64,000 bases of DNA from positions 62,001-126,000 of the forward strand of contig UYFQ01000600.1 in NCBI GenBank assembly GCA_900617105.1, written 5' to 3'. The first letter of the stretch is position 1. Every line of letters starts with the position of its first letter. Shown here in pieces: positions 32,248 through 43,814 of this stretch. The translations under genes were made by a program, and so were the position numbers. This stretch comes from Hydrurus foetidus. Taxonomy: Eukaryota. The notes below the pieces were generated by a model, which did not search any database, was not told the DNA's origin, and saw only the letters and a program-made list of their open reading frames with translations.

Positions 32248-34190
32248 CTAGAATTCTTTCCAGCTATCGGCGCCGGCGGCTGCCACCAGCGCGGGCTTGC
32301 GCGCGGCGCCCCCGAAGCCCGTGGTCTTCATGACCGATATGGCGGCTGACGGACGAGAGGGCTTCCGGGCGGCGCCTCTCTGGGCCGGGGCGTCCTGGCC
32401 GACCTCGAAGCGGCCAATGACGCGCGCCAGCCCTTCGGCTTCCTGCGACATGCTGTGGCTGGCGGCGGTGGCCTCTTCAACCATGGCCGCGTTCTGCTGG
32501 GTCACCTGATCCATGTGGTTGATGGACGAATTGACCTCGTTCAGGGCTGTGGCCTGCTCCTGGGCGGACGCAGCGATCACGACGACGATGTCGTTGATCT
32601 CGCCCACCTGAACCACGATCCGGCTCAAGACCTTGCCGGTCTCGCCGACCAGTTCCACGCCGGCCCTCACCTGCTGGTCGGAGTTGGTGATCAGGGCCTT
32701 GATCTCCTTGGCCGCGCCGGCCGAGCGCTGGGCCAGGGCCCGGACTTCCTGGGCGACAACGGCGAAGCCGCGACCGGCCTCACCGGCTCTCGCCGCCTCG
32801 ACGCCGGCGTTCAGGGCCAGGAGGTTGGTCTGGAAGGCGATTTCGTCAATCACGCCGACGATCTGGCTGATTTCCTGGGACGATTTTTCGATCCCGCCCA
32901 TGGCGGCGACCGCGTTCTGGACCACGTCGCCGGACTGCTCGGCGGCGGACTTGGCCAGGCCGACCACGGTGCGGGCGTGTTCCGAACCTTCGGCGGTCTT
33001 GCGCACCGTGGCGGTGATCTGATCGAGCGCCGCAGCGGTCTCTTCCAGACTGGCCGCCTGCTGCTCGGTCCGGCGCGACAGGTCTTGCGACGCCACGGAG
33101 ATCTCGGCGGCGCCGGCCTGGATGGTGGCGGTATTGCCGGACACGAGCTTCATGGTGTCCTGCAGGGTCGTCATCGCGGCGTTGAAATCGGCGCGCAGCT
33201 TCTCGTACTCAGGCGCAAAGCTGGCGGTCAGGCGATAGACAAGGTTGCCGGCGGAGAGTTGCTCCAGGCCCGACGCGACAGCCTCGACGACCCGGGCCTG
33301 GGTCCGGGCCATTTCAGCGTCGGTCCTTTGGCGGGCCACCCGTTCACTGTCGGTCAGCTGGCGCGCATCGGCGTTCTCCTGCTCCAGGCGAAGGGTCCTG
33401 GCGCCGGCCTCCTTGAAGACCTGCACGGCCTTGGCCATCTCGCCGACCTCGTCCGTGCGTCCCAGGGACGGGACCGGGACGGACAGGTCGCCCGAGGCGA
33501 GCTTGCCCATCGCCGTTGTCAGGGCGCCGAGCGGCTTGACGGCGCGGGCGACCACGCCGCGACGGCGACACCTAGGATCAACGCCCCGCCACAGATCGCG
33601 AGGTTCAGCCAAACGAAGCCGGCCGCCATGTGGTGGACTTGCGAACCGATGACCTTGTTCTTGGCCTCTTGCAGGTCGATGAACTCATTGATCTGTTTCA
33701 GCCAGACCCTGAACATGGGCCTGGCGCCCTGCATCAGCAGCGCCTTGGCGGCGTCAACCTCACCGGCTTTCTGGAGTCGGATCACTTCCGAGATCAGCGG
33801 CAGGCCCTCGGCCTGCGTGGCCTTGATGCTGTCCAGGATGGCGGTTTCATCGGGGGTCACGCCGGCGCCCTTGGCCATCAGCTCATCGAGCGGACCGGCC
33901 GATTTGTCATAGGCGGCCTCCAGGCGCTCTATCGTGGCGATCGCCGCGTCAAGCTCGCCCGCATCGCTGACCAGGATGACGTCGCGAAGGCTGATGGCGC
34001 GGTCGTGCACGCTGCCGCGGAAGTTGATGGCGAACCGCTGTTTGGCGCTGTTGACGTCGTTGATCGTTGTGAGGCTGCGGTCGATCGCATTGACGCGACT
34101 CTGCGCCACCAGGCCAATGCCGGCCATCATCAAGAGGATCATGCCGAATCCGACAACGAGACGCTGACCTATCTTCAAGTTCGGCAGCAT
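32248..34190 (-). CDS. Methyl-accepting chemotaxis protein (frameshift near 33555)
   Basis: TM-ligand domain-[36 protein letters not shown] and C-terminal pentapeptide SWKEF. Confidence 0.95.
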
Positions 34191-34548
34191 GGCGGCTCTT
34201 TTTCTCTACGGGGAAATCTGAGGCGACCACTGCTCGCCGATCCCCTAATGACCTCCTAATTTCCAATAATCAGGACACGAGGTCGCAGTTATTGCACCCC
34301 TGCTATGATTGTTTTCAGCTACCGCATGCCGATCGGTCACGTATAGGAAGGCAGTTATATTGCAACCTGGCCGACCGAAATCATGAGGTAACTCTGGTTT
34401 ACTGCTTCAGCATTTAAGGCGCTCTCCGCTCAAATTGAGCAGCTACGTGTGTTTTCCGCGACCAATTACGGTGATATTTCGCCCGGAACCCAACGGCGCT
34501 CACGCCATAGCGATTGCCGGCCGTCGACTGCCGGGCCCCAGGCTCACC

Positions 34549-35127
34549 CTATCTGGGCAGTATCGCCCCCGCAGCCGGCCAGGCGCTGTCGCCGACCCGC
34601 TTGAGGGTCATCTCGAAGAACTGCATCGGGGGGCGGCCCGGCATCACCCGCTCGCCGATCTCGCGCCACGCGTCGCCCTTGATGACGGCGGTATAGCGGA
34701 TGACCATAGGCCCGGCCGGAATCTCCCAGACATAGCCGTCGGCCGTGGGTTTCAGGCTGAAGTCGCCCTTCTGGCTCATGGCGTAGGAATGCAGGGTAAA
34801 GGCGTCGGTCGCGGGCTCGTACGAGACCACGCCAAAGGCGTTGAAGCCCGTGGAGCCGCTGGCCTCGTAGCCTCGCCCCTCAAGGACCTTCACCGTACCG
34901 TCCAGCAGCGGGCCGATGCGCTCGGTCTGGGTGATCTCGTGCTTCTTGCCGTCAGCCAAGATCGTCCAGGCCGGACCGCGCCACACTCCGTCCATCATGG
35001 CCAGCCGGTCCATCGCCAGCTTCTGGGCGGCCAGGCGCGGCGCGGGATCAGGCGGCATCTGGGCCAGAACCGGAGTGGCGGCGGCCAGGACCACGACGGC
35101 GAGGCAGGCGGCGAAGGAACGGGACAT
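34549..35127 (-). CDS. Secreted hypothetical protein (DUF1579-like)
   Basis: Signal peptide, MDRLAMMDGVWRG, TQTERIGP and FFEMTLKR. Confidence 0.75.
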   Translation of the reverse strand: MSRSFAACLAVVVLAAATPVLAQMPPDPAPRLAAQKLAMDRLAMMDGVWRGPAWTILADGKKHEITQTERIGPLLDGTVKVLEGRGYEASGSTGFNAFGVVSYEPATDAFTLHSYAMSQKGDFSLKPTADGYVWEIPAGPMVIRYTAVIKGDAWREIGERVMPGRPPMQFFEMTLKRVGDSAWPAAGAILPR

Positions 35128-35153
35128 CGGCAGTCTCCGGGATGGAACGCCTA

Positions 35154-35172
35154 AACTTTGCTATTCAAAGTT
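35154..35172. promoter_or_regulatory. Palindrome AACTTTG-N5-CAAAGTT, candidate operator
   Basis: About 27 bp upstream of the 35127 start; same core at 62473. Confidence 0.6.
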
Positions 35173-35287
35173 CTTTCTGTCAATCCCGCCTCAGTGGAGC
35201 GACCGCCATTAGGCATTTCGGCGCCATCGAGGTTGGCGCATGCTCACGCCTGTCGCCGAGCGCGAAAGGCTTGGCTAGGATCGTCGC

Positions 35288-36001
35288 ATGCGTCGCTCAG
35301 CCACCGCCCTGCTGTTGATCCTGCCGCTGGCGGCGGCGGGGCCCGCCGTGGCCGGCGAGACGGCCTGCTGGTTCGAGAACGGCGCGATCGTCGCCCCAGC
35401 CGCCATCGCCGACATGACCGGCGACTTCGTGATCGACCTGTCGGCCCCGCGCACCCTGCTGCACAACACCAAGGCCCAGATGAGCGGCTATGCCGAGCTC
35501 GACCTCACCCTGCCGGTGCGCTTGGCCGGGCAGAGGGTGGAGGCCGCGCCGATCCTGGTCAGCGACCTGGACTATCGCGGCGTCGGCTTCGTGGCGCCCA
35601 TCGCCGGCGTGATCGGGGCCGATATCCTGGGCCGCTATGTGGTGATCATCGACTTTGCGCCCTGCCGCCTGCGGCTGGAGCCCCTGGGCTGGGCCGACCG
35701 GCACGGCGGGCGCGCCCTGCCCGTCACCGTGGTGGGCGGCGTGCCGACCGTGCAGGCCACGGCCTCGGACGGCTTTTCCAGCCTGACGGGGGCCTTCGCC
35801 CTCGACACCGCCTCGAACGGCGGCGTGCGGGCGCGCGGCGACGCCGATGGGCCGCGCCAGAAGCCCGCCGGCGTGCTGGCCGGCCTGTCGCTGGACGGCC
35901 GCCTGCGGCAGCGCGTTGCGGCCGTCAAGGCCGGCGACCTGCCCCCGGGCGTGGCCGGGGCGGTAGGCGTGGCGATCCTGTCGGACTATCCCTGCGCTTG
36001 A
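35288..36001 (+). CDS. Secreted retropepsin-like aspartic protease family protein
   Basis: Signal peptide and two lobes: FVIDLSA...GVIGADIL and FALDTAS...GAVGVAIL. Confidence 0.55.
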   Translation: MRRSATALLLILPLAAAGPAVAGETACWFENGAIVAPAAIADMTGDFVIDLSAPRTLLHNTKAQMSGYAELDLTLPVRLAGQRVEAAPILVSDLDYRGVGFVAPIAGVIGADILGRYVVIIDFAPCRLRLEPLGWADRHGGRALPVTVVGGVPTVQATASDGFSSLTGAFALDTASNGGVRARGDADGPRQKPAGVLAGLSLDGRLRQRVAAVKAGDLPPGVAGAVGVAILSDYPCA

Positions 36002-36005
36002 GCCC

Positions 36006-36042
36006 AAAGAAAAAGGGCCCGGCGTTACCGCCAGGCCCTGAT
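36006..36042 (-). terminator. Terminator after petC
   Basis: Minus strand reads agggcctggcggtaacgccgggccc followed by a T-run. Confidence 0.7.
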
Positions 36043-36063
36043 CTTTTCGGTCGCTGCGAACGG

Positions 36064-36909
36064 TCAGTGCGACTCGTTCTTCCAGACCTTGCGGTAGCTG
36101 GCATAGAGCAGGCCCGAGAACAGCAGCAGATAGAGGATGACCACGAAGCCCATCTTCTTGCGCTCTTCCAGCTTGGGCTCGGCGGCCCACATCAGGAAGG
36201 CCGAGACGTCCTTGGCCTGTTGGTCCAGGGTCGACTTGGTGCCGTCGTCGAAGGTGACCAGACCCTCCTTCAGGGGCGCGGCCATGGCGATGAAGCCACC
36301 GGCCGGAACCTTGTCGTGCGGACCCGACCAGGCGGCGGTCAGGTCGCCGACCATGTAAGGGTTGTAGTGCTGGTTGGCGCCCACCTTCAGGCCGGCCGGC
36401 GGCTCATGATAGCCGGTCAGCAGCGAGTAGATGTAGTCCGGACCACCGGTACGGGCCTTGGCCAGCAGCGACATGTCCGGCGGCAGGGCGCCGCCGTTGC
36501 TGGCGCGGGCGGCCGCCTCGTTGGCGAACGGCGAGGGGAAGCGGTCGGCGCTGGTGGCCGGACGCTTGATCGCATCGCCGGTTTCCGAGTCGATATCGGC
36601 GACCTCGTAGTCCTTGGCGATCGCCTTGACCCACGGGTTGTCGTTCGGGTTCTTGTGCTCGTTGCTATAGAACGGGCCGCCCTTGTCGCCGAGGTTGCGG
36701 AAGCTGACCAGGTGCATGGCGTGGCAGGCAGAGCAGACCTCGCGATAGACCTTGTAGCCGCGTTGCAGCTGGGCCTGATCGAACTTCCCGAAAGGACCTT
36801 CGAAGGACCAGGCGACGTCCTTGGGCGCGTGGGGGTGGCCGGCCGCAAGGGCCTGGCCGCCGACCATCAAACCCGCGACGGCTGCGATGATGGAGAGTTT
36901 GCGCAGCAT
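36064..36909 (-). CDS. petC: Cytochrome c1
   Basis: QRGYKVYREVCSACH heme motif, PPDMSL and C-terminal TM anchor. Confidence 0.96.
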   Translation of the reverse strand: MLRKLSIIAAVAGLMVGGQALAAGHPHAPKDVAWSFEGPFGKFDQAQLQRGYKVYREVCSACHAMHLVSFRNLGDKGGPFYSNEHKNPNDNPWVKAIAKDYEVADIDSETGDAIKRPATSADRFPSPFANEAAARASNGGALPPDMSLLAKARTGGPDYIYSLLTGYHEPPAGLKVGANQHYNPYMVGDLTAAWSGPHDKVPAGGFIAMAAPLKEGLVTFDDGTKSTLDQQAKDVSAFLMWAAEPKLEERKKMGFVVILYLLLFSGLLYASYRKVWKNESH

Positions 36910-36914
36910 CTGGA

Positions 36915-38191
36915 TCAGCCCTTCTCAGCAGGCGACAGCGCCGGGGACGCGATCGAGTCCGGAACCGGCAGAGGCGTTTCCTTCAGACCCAGGATCGGGA
37001 GGATCGCGAGGAAGAAGGCGAAATAGTAGAGCGTCGCAAAGCGGCTCAGCCACACGAAGCTGTTCAGGTCCGCATCGATGAACTTGAACGTCGTCAGATG
37101 CGGAATGACCTGATCATCGGGCAGCTTGGCGCCGCAGAAACCCAGCACGATGCAGGCCACGGCGAAGATGAAGAAGTACAGCTTCGCGGTCGGGCGGTAG
37201 CGCATCGAACGCACCTTGGAGGTGTCCAGCCAGGGCAGGGCGAACAGGCAGCCGATGGCGCCGAACATGGCCAGAACGCCCATCAGCTTGTCGGGAACGG
37301 CGCGCAGGATCGCGTAGAACGGCAGGAAGTACCATTCCGGAACGATGTGCGACGGCGTCACCAGCGTTGGCCGGGATGTAGTTGTCGGCGTGACCCAGGG
37401 CGTTGGGCATGTAGAAGACGAAGAAGGAGAACAGGATCAGGAAGACGCTCATCGCGAAACCCGTCCTTCACCGTCGCGTACGGGGTGAAGGGAAGGGTGT
37501 CGGCTTTCGACTTCGGATCCACGCCCGTCGGGTTGTTCTGGCCGACCACATGCAGCGCCCAGATGTGCAGGATCACGACGCCCGCGATCATGAAGGGCAG
37601 CAGATAGTGCAGCGAGAAGAAGCGGTTCAGGGTCGGGGTGTCGACGGCGAAGCCGCCCCACAGCCAAGTGGTGATGCTCTCGCCCACGATCGGCAGGGCG
37701 CCGAACAGGTTGGTGATCACGACGGCGCCGTGGAAGGACATCTGACCCCAGGGCAGGACGTAGCCCATGAAGGCGGTGGCCATCATCAGCAGATAGATCA
37801 CGCAGCCCAGGATCCACAGCACTTCGCGCGGGGCCTTGTACGACCCGTAATAGAGGCCGCGGAACATGTGGATATAGACGGCGATGAAGAACATCGACGC
37901 GCCATTGGAGTGCATGTAGCGGATCAGCCAGCCGTAGCTGACGTCGCGCATGATGTGCTCGACGCTGTTGAAGGCGTCGCCCACGTTGTAGTGCATCACC
38001 AGGATGATGCCGGTGATCAGCTGCGAGGCCAGGCACAGCGACAGGATGCCGCCGAACGTGTACCAATAGTTGAGGTTACGCGGCGTCGGGTAGTCGACGA
38101 AGCTGTCGTAGCCGAGGCGCACGATGGGCAGACGGGCGTCGAGCCAGCGCTCGAAACCGGTCTTGGGTTCGTAGGTCGAATGTCCGCTCAT
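36915..38191 (-). CDS. petB: Cytochrome b (frameshifts near 37365 and 37460)
   Basis: [26 protein letters not shown] and PEWY. Confidence 0.96.
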
Positions 38192-38196
38192 CTCGC

Positions 38197-38747
38197 TTAA
38201 CCGATCTTGACCTTGGTGTCGGTGAGGAACTCGTACTCCGGAACCGCGAGGTTCAGGGGCGCGGGACCCTTACGGATCCGGCCCGAGGTGTCGTAGTGCG
38301 AGCCATGGCAGGGGCAGAACCAGCCGCCGTAGTCGCCGCCGCCGAAGGTGGGCACGCAGCCGAGGTGGGTGCAGGAGCCGATCAGGACCAGCCACTGGGC
38401 CTTGCCCGGCTTGACGCGCTCGGCGTCGGTCTGCGGATCCTTGAGGGCCGCCGTGTCGTCCTTAACCGCCGCAGCGATCTCGGCCTTCGTGCGGTTGCGC
38501 ACGAACAACGGCTTGCCGCGCCACTTGAGCGTGACCTGCTGACCGTCGGCGACCTTGGTCAGGTCGAATTCGGTCGAGGCCATGGCCAGCGTATCGGCTG
38601 ACGGGTTCATCTGATCGACGAACGGCCACACGAGCGAAGCGCCGGCGCCTGCGGCAGCCGCGATCGTCGCGATGTAAATGAAGTCGCGCCGGCTGGGGTC
38701 AGCCCATGCTCCGGCTCGGTCGTTGCGCCCAACGCGGTGTCGGCCAC
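38197..38747 (-). CDS. petA: Rieske iron-sulfur subunit
   Basis: Tat motif SRRDF, CTHLGC and CPCHGS. Probable GTG start at 38747 with an indel near 38703. Confidence 0.94.
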
Positions 38748-38949
38748 CTAAGTCACCCTTCGATTCCGCCGAGCCGGGAAGCCGGCCGGCCAGGAGAAGC
38801 ACCTTTCGGCGCCGTATCTTTCTCGACCCGCGAACGGATCTCCGCCACAAGACGACGGTTGGATCGTCCTATCGGACGCGCGGACTGAGTCCGCAAGCCC
38901 TTTCGATCGCAGGCAATGTCCCTGCTAGCCTTGTGGTGGTTCGCTTAGA

Positions 38950-39411
38950 ATGCGTCTCGCGCTTTTTCAACCAGGCATTCCTCAAAACGTCGGCGTCGCA
39001 ATCCGCCTTGCCGCCTGTTTTGGCGCCGGCCTGGACGTGATCGAGCCTTGCAGCTTTCCCCTGGATGACAAGAGTCTCAAGCGGGCGGCGCTGGATTACG
39101 GCCCCTTGGCCCATATGAAACGCCACGATTCCTGGGAAACCTTCCTCGCCGCGCCGGAAAGGGCCCAGGGGCGGCTGCTGCTGTTCACCACCCGGGGCGC
39201 GACCCCGTTTCACCGATTTGGGTTTCAGCCGGGCGACACGCTTTTATTCGGCAACGAAAGCCGGGGCGCCCCCGAAGAGGTCCATGCCGCCGCGCAGGGC
39301 CGCCTGGTGATCCCGCTGCGGCCCGAGGCCCGGTCGATGAATCTCGCGACGACCGCCGCCATGGCGCTGGGCGAGGCGTTGCGGCAGACGGACGGCTTCT
39401 TCGAGGCCTGA
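38950..39411 (+). CDS. trmL: tRNA (cytidine/uridine-34-2'-O)-methyltransferase
   Basis: PGIPQNVG, KRAALDY, FGNESRG and RSMNLA SPOUT motifs. Confidence 0.88.
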   Translation: MRLALFQPGIPQNVGVAIRLAACFGAGLDVIEPCSFPLDDKSLKRAALDYGPLAHMKRHDSWETFLAAPERAQGRLLLFTTRGATPFHRFGFQPGDTLLFGNESRGAPEEVHAAAQGRLVIPLRPEARSMNLATTAAMALGEALRQTDGFFEA

Positions 39412-39469
39412 CAGCCCTACGCAGAACCCCGGATTTGCACCGCGCGCGCCAAGCGCTTAATCGGCTGTC

Positions 39470-40344
39470 ATGACCGACGCTTCCGATCTCGACGACAAGA
39501 AGGCCCGCGCCCGCGGCTGGTTTGAAACCCTGCGCGACCAGATCTGCGCGGAATTCGAGCGCCTGGAAGACGAGGCCCCGACCGACCTCTATCCGGGCCA
39601 GGCTGGACGATTCGAGCGCAAGCCCTGGGATCGCGCGGCCGGCGGCGGCGGCGTCATGTCGATGATGCACGGCCGCCTGTTCGAGAAGGTCGGCGTCCAC
39701 TGCTCGACGGTGTTTGGAACCTTCACGCCGGAAATGGCCAAGTCGATGCCCGGCGCGGGCGACGACCCCCGGTTCTTCGCCACCGGCATCAGCCTGATCG
39801 CCCACATGACCAATCCGCGCGTGCCGGCCGTGCACATGAACACCCGCTTCATCGCCACGACCAAAAGCTGGTTTGGCGGCGGCGGCGACCTGACGCCCCT
39901 GCTCGGCTATCAGCGCCAGCAGGACTTTCCGGACGCCATCGACTTCCATGCCGCTTATCAGCGGGCCTGCGACGCGCACCACCCCGACTGGCACGCCAAG
40001 TACAAGGCCTGGTGCGACGAGTACTTCTTCCTGCCCCACCGCAACGAGCCGCGCGGCATCGGCGGAATCTTCTACGACCACCACGACAGCGGCGATTGGT
40101 CGCGGGACTTCGCCTTCACCCAGGACGTCGGCAAGGCCTTCCTGGAGGTCTATCCCGAGCTGGTGCGTCGACGCATGGCCGAGGCCTGGACGGCAGATGA
40201 GCGCGAACAGCAGCTGGTCCAGCGCGGACGGTATGTGGAGTTCAACCTGCTGTACGACCGGGGCACGATGTTTGGCCTGAAGACCGGCGGCAATGTCGAG
40301 TCGATCCTCAGCTCGATGCACCCCGGCAAGTGAAGTGGCCCTAG
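39470..40344 (+). CDS. hemF: Oxygen-dependent coproporphyrinogen III oxidase
   Basis: [23 protein letters not shown] and [15 protein letters not shown]. The C-terminus VKWP* lies in a shifted frame ending at 40344. Confidence 0.95.
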
Positions 40345-40448
40345 AGCAAAGGTCGCCATGATTGAATCATGTCGTTTGCTCTAGATTCTTGTTTTGACGC
40401 GTTATTTCGGCGGCGAACCGGTACCCACTTCGCCGAATAACGCTTCAG
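40341..40448. repeat. CIR-like (CcrM-associated intergenic) repeat
   Basis: ctagagcaaa...tgattgaatca...tttgctctag, then attcttgttttgacgcg, then cgaaccggtacccacttcg. Contains GAATC and GATTC (GANTC) sites. Confidence 0.8.
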
Positions 40449-40455
40449 AGCCCGC

Positions 40456-41184
40456 TCAACGGAAGCCCGATCTCAGGGTTGCCTGATCCAGGAAGCGGCT
40501 TATCCAGCCGCCGACCCGTGCGCGATCATTGGGCTGATGCAGGGTGGCGAGCGCCGCGTCGGCTTCCGCGTCGGTATAGCGGGTCCCGCGCCGGGCCTCG
40601 ATCAGGGCCGCCGCATAGGCCGGGTCGAACTCCGGGTGGAACTGCATCGATATCGCCCCCTTTTTTCGCCCGGGCCCGTCGTCATAGGACAGCAGGCCAT
40701 AGGGCGTAAAAGCGCTGCCGCCGATCACGGTCGCGGAGGGCGGCAGGGTCACGACCTGGTCCTGGTGCGAGGCGGGAATGGCGACGCTGTCCGCATCGGT
40801 CCAGCCCTGTGGCCGCGCGACGGCGTAGCGGTGCAGGCCCACGCCCCAGCCCTTGTCGGACTTGACCACCTGGCCGCCGAAGGCCTGGGCCATGATCTGA
40901 TGGCCAAAACACACCCCGACCAGCGCCGCCTGCCCCCTGGCGGCGCGCAGAAAGTCCGACAGGGGCGCGATCCACGGCAGGTCGTCATAGACCCCCGCCG
41001 ACGAACCCGTGATGAGATAGGCGTCGTGCTGCTCCGGCGCGCCGGGCAGCTGGCCGGCCTGGACGTCATAGGTCGTGTAGGCGTGATCAGGGCCGAGCAG
41101 GGTCTGGAACATGCCGCCATAGCGGCCGAAGGCCGGCTGAAGCGACTCCGGCGGCGCGCCGGTCTCCAGCAGACCGATCCGCAT
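40456..41184 (-). CDS. Type 1 glutamine amidotransferase
   Basis: ITGS, GVCFGHQ, SHQDQV and QFHPEF. Confidence 0.9.
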   Translation of the reverse strand: MRIGLLETGAPPESLQPAFGRYGGMFQTLLGPDHAYTTYDVQAGQLPGAPEQHDAYLITGSSAGVYDDLPWIAPLSDFLRAARGQAALVGVCFGHQIMAQAFGGQVVKSDKGWGVGLHRYAVARPQGWTDADSVAIPASHQDQVVTLPPSATVIGGSAFTPYGLLSYDDGPGRKKGAISMQFHPEFDPAYAAALIEARRGTRYTDAEADAALATLHQPNDRARVGGWISRFLDQATLRSGFR

Positions 41185-42437
41185 CAGTAGACCATGCCCT
41201 GGGCCACGGCCTTCAGGCGCTCAATGGCGCTGAACTTGTCCTCGATGAAGTCCTGGTCGATCCACCAGATCTCGATCTCGCGCATCACCTCGCCCACCAT
41301 CGGTCCCTTGGGCACGCCGGCCTGCATCACCTCTTCGCCCGACAGCGGGAAGGGCGGCGGCGTCCAGGTCTCGGCCATGGCCAGCAGGCCCCGCCACTGC
41401 GGCGCGGTGACCGGACGGCCAGAGCCCGCCCAGGCCAGCTTGATCCGGTCGCAGAAGGTGCGCACGCCCAGGGCGTAGATCGAACGGCGGGCCTCGCGCG
41501 GGCTCATCCAGCTGACGATGCGCGGGTTCTTGCCCACGGCGTCGACCAGGCGGTCCCTGACATTGTTGGGCAAGCGCAGGCGCTCGGACATCTGCTCGGC
41601 GACCTGGGGATCATCGGGGATCAGCGAGGCCAGACGCAGATCGGGATTGTTCTCGAACAACTGCTCGGTCTCGATGGCCACCAGGCTGTCGAAGCGGGCC
41701 AGGGATTTGACGAACGGCAGGATCGAGCCCAGCACGCCGGTCGCCGCCATCAGCCGCAGGGCCGGGCGCGGATCATCGGACGACAGAAGCTTCATGATCT
41801 CTTTTTGCGTGCGCTCGGCGGCGCGGCCCGAGACCATGCCCTTGAGCGCCTTGCAGGCCGCCAGGGCTCTCTGGTCGGGCTCGCCGCGGCCGTACCAGGC
41901 CTGGAACCGGAAGAACCGCAGGATGCGCAGATAGTCCTCGCGGATACGGGTCATGGGATCGCCCACGAACACCACCCGCCCCTCGCGCGCGTCGTTCACG
42001 CCCTCGCCGGTCGGATCGTAAAGCCGCCCCTCGGGATCGACATACAATGCGTTGAAGCGGAAATCGCGACGCTCGGCGTCCTGGCCCCAGTCCTGGCTGA
42101 ACGCCACCGTGGCGCGGCGACCGTCGGTGGAGACATCGCGGCGCAGGGTGGTGATCTCATAGGGCTTGCCGCCCGAGATGGCCGTGACGGTGCCGTGATC
42201 CACACCGGTCGGGATCGCCCGCAGGCCGGCATGGGCCAGGGCGTCGATCACCTGGTCGGGGGTCAGGGTGGTGGCGATGTCGATGTCGTCGATGGGCTTG
42301 CCCATCAGGGTGTTGCGCACACAGCCGCCGACGAATCGCGCACAGCCGGCGAAGCCGCGCTCCTCCAGGGCCGCGATCACGGCTTTGGTCTCGGGCAAGG
42401 CCATCCACGGCGCGATGCCGATCGATTCAGTGTTCAA
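41184..42437 (-). CDS. cca: CCA tRNA nucleotidyltransferase
   Basis: VGGCVRN...DIDIAT, EITTLRRD, RRDFRFNAL and EDYLRILRFFRF. Confidence 0.92.
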   Translation of the reverse strand: MNTESIGIAPWMALPETKAVIAALEERGFAGCARFVGGCVRNTLMGKPIDDIDIATTLTPDQVIDALAHAGLRAIPTGVDHGTVTAISGGKPYEITTLRRDVSTDGRRATVAFSQDWGQDAERRDFRFNALYVDPEGRLYDPTGEGVNDAREGRVVFVGDPMTRIREDYLRILRFFRFQAWYGRGEPDQRALAACKALKGMVSGRAAERTQKEIMKLLSSDDPRPALRLMAATGVLGSILPFVKSLARFDSLVAIETEQLFENNPDLRLASLIPDDPQVAEQMSERLRLPNNVRDRLVDAVGKNPRIVSWMSPREARRSIYALGVRTFCDRIKLAWAGSGRPVTAPQWRGLLAMAETWTPPPFPLSGEEVMQAGVPKGPMVGEVMREIEIWWIDQDFIEDKFSAIERLKAVAQGMVY

Positions 42438-42529
42438 GCAACATACTCCTACGCAATCAACGCCCCCCCAAAGAGCAAGGCGGCATTGTTAGGCAGGAAG
42501 CGCGACGGCCGCTGCATGGCCGATGCGCC

Positions 42530-43179
42530 CTAACCCGGGATTTGATCTGTGGATTCATCATGCAGGCGCTCATACAGGGCCCGCAGCATCCCGGCCGTCG
42601 CGCCCCAGATGAAGCGGTCGTTCCACGGCATGGCGTAGAAGTTGCGCCGCTCGCCGCTGGGCGTCACCCGGTGCTGGCGCTCGTGATTGGTCGGATCCAT
42701 CAGGAAGTCGAACGGCGTCTCGAACGTCAGCCACCTCTGCGGGGCTGGCGACGAATTCGGCGGCCGGATCGATGAAGCCGATCACGGGCGTGACATGAAA
42801 GCCGGTCACGGTCTGATAGCCCTGCAGCAGGCCTGACAGGGTGACGAACCTGGGATCCAGCCCCACCTCTTCCTGGGCCTCGCGCAGGGCCGTGACCCAC
42901 GGCGTCTCGCCCGGATCGCAGCGTCCGCCGGGAAAGGCGATCTGGCCGGTGTGGCTGCGCATGGTGTCCGACCGACGGGTCAGCAGCACGGTCAGCCCGT
43001 CCTCGCGCTCGACCAGCCCCACCAGCACGGCGGCGGGGCGCAGGGCGTGGGGATTGTCGAAGGTCAGGCCGGGATTGAGGTCAGAAGTCCGAGCGGACCG
43101 GATCGGCCAGGCTGGGATTATAGTGTTCGATGGGGTCCAGCCGGCTGGTGATCCAGTCGCGGCGTTCCTGCGGCGTCAT
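42530..43179 (-). CDS. CoA pyrophosphatase (NudL-like; frameshifted)
   Basis: LRPAAVL, LLTRRS...[20 protein letters not shown] and IWGATAGML. Confidence 0.88.
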
Positions 43180-43766
43180 GCGCCGACCGTCCCGGCCGGC
43201 GCGATCGGGAACCAGGCTTCGTTCGAGGTGATCCCGAACACCGCGCCATCCGCCGTCTCGCGCGGGGTCGCCATCTCGGCCAGCTCATAGAACACCGGCC
43301 GGGCGATCAGCGCCTCCAACCCCCGCCGCACGTGCAGATAGGGTCGCGGCTCGCCGGTGGCCGGATCGATCTCGACCCGGATGATGTTGTCTGGCCCTGC
43401 CTCGACCACGTCGCCGACATTGGTCTCGAAGCGCAGGGTGTCGCCCACCCGGTCCACGCGGACGGCGATGAAGGGCGCGTCCTCGACCGTGATCTTCATC
43501 TTCTCGGCGGGCGTGACCAGGTGATAGCCGTCGGGATCCAGCCGCAGCACGGTCGAGAACAGACGCACCAGGGCCTCGCGGCCGATCGGCGTGCCCTCGT
43601 GGAACCATACCCCGTCCTTGCGGATGCGAATGTCGATCTCGCCGCAATGGGCCGGATGCCACAGATGGACCGGCGGCAGGCCGCGTTCGCCGGCGGCCTT
43701 GGCGGCGGCGGCGACGCCTTCCAGTCCGGGTTTGCCAGCGTCTGTCGGGGGAGCATCGACGGTCAT
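43176..43766 (-). CDS. DUF1285 family protein
   Basis: PPVHLWHPAHCGEIDIRI, LVTPAEK...VEDAPF and PYLHVRRGLEA. Confidence 0.85.
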   Translation of the reverse strand: MTVDAPPTDAGKPGLEGVAAAAKAAGERGLPPVHLWHPAHCGEIDIRIRKDGVWFHEGTPIGREALVRLFSTVLRLDPDGYHLVTPAEKMKITVEDAPFIAVRVDRVGDTLRFETNVGDVVEAGPDNIIRVEIDPATGEPRPYLHVRRGLEALIARPVFYELAEMATPRETADGAVFGITSNEAWFPIAPAGTVGA

Positions 43767-43814
43767 GGCCTTCAGGTAGGCCATGCCGCCGCCCTGCTCA
43801 AGCGACGCAACGTC

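Noticed and set aside
34243..34262. TTAG-N7-TTAG upstream of the MCP as a CtrA box
   Set aside because: Both half-sites deviate from TTAA-N7-TTAA; too weak without data.
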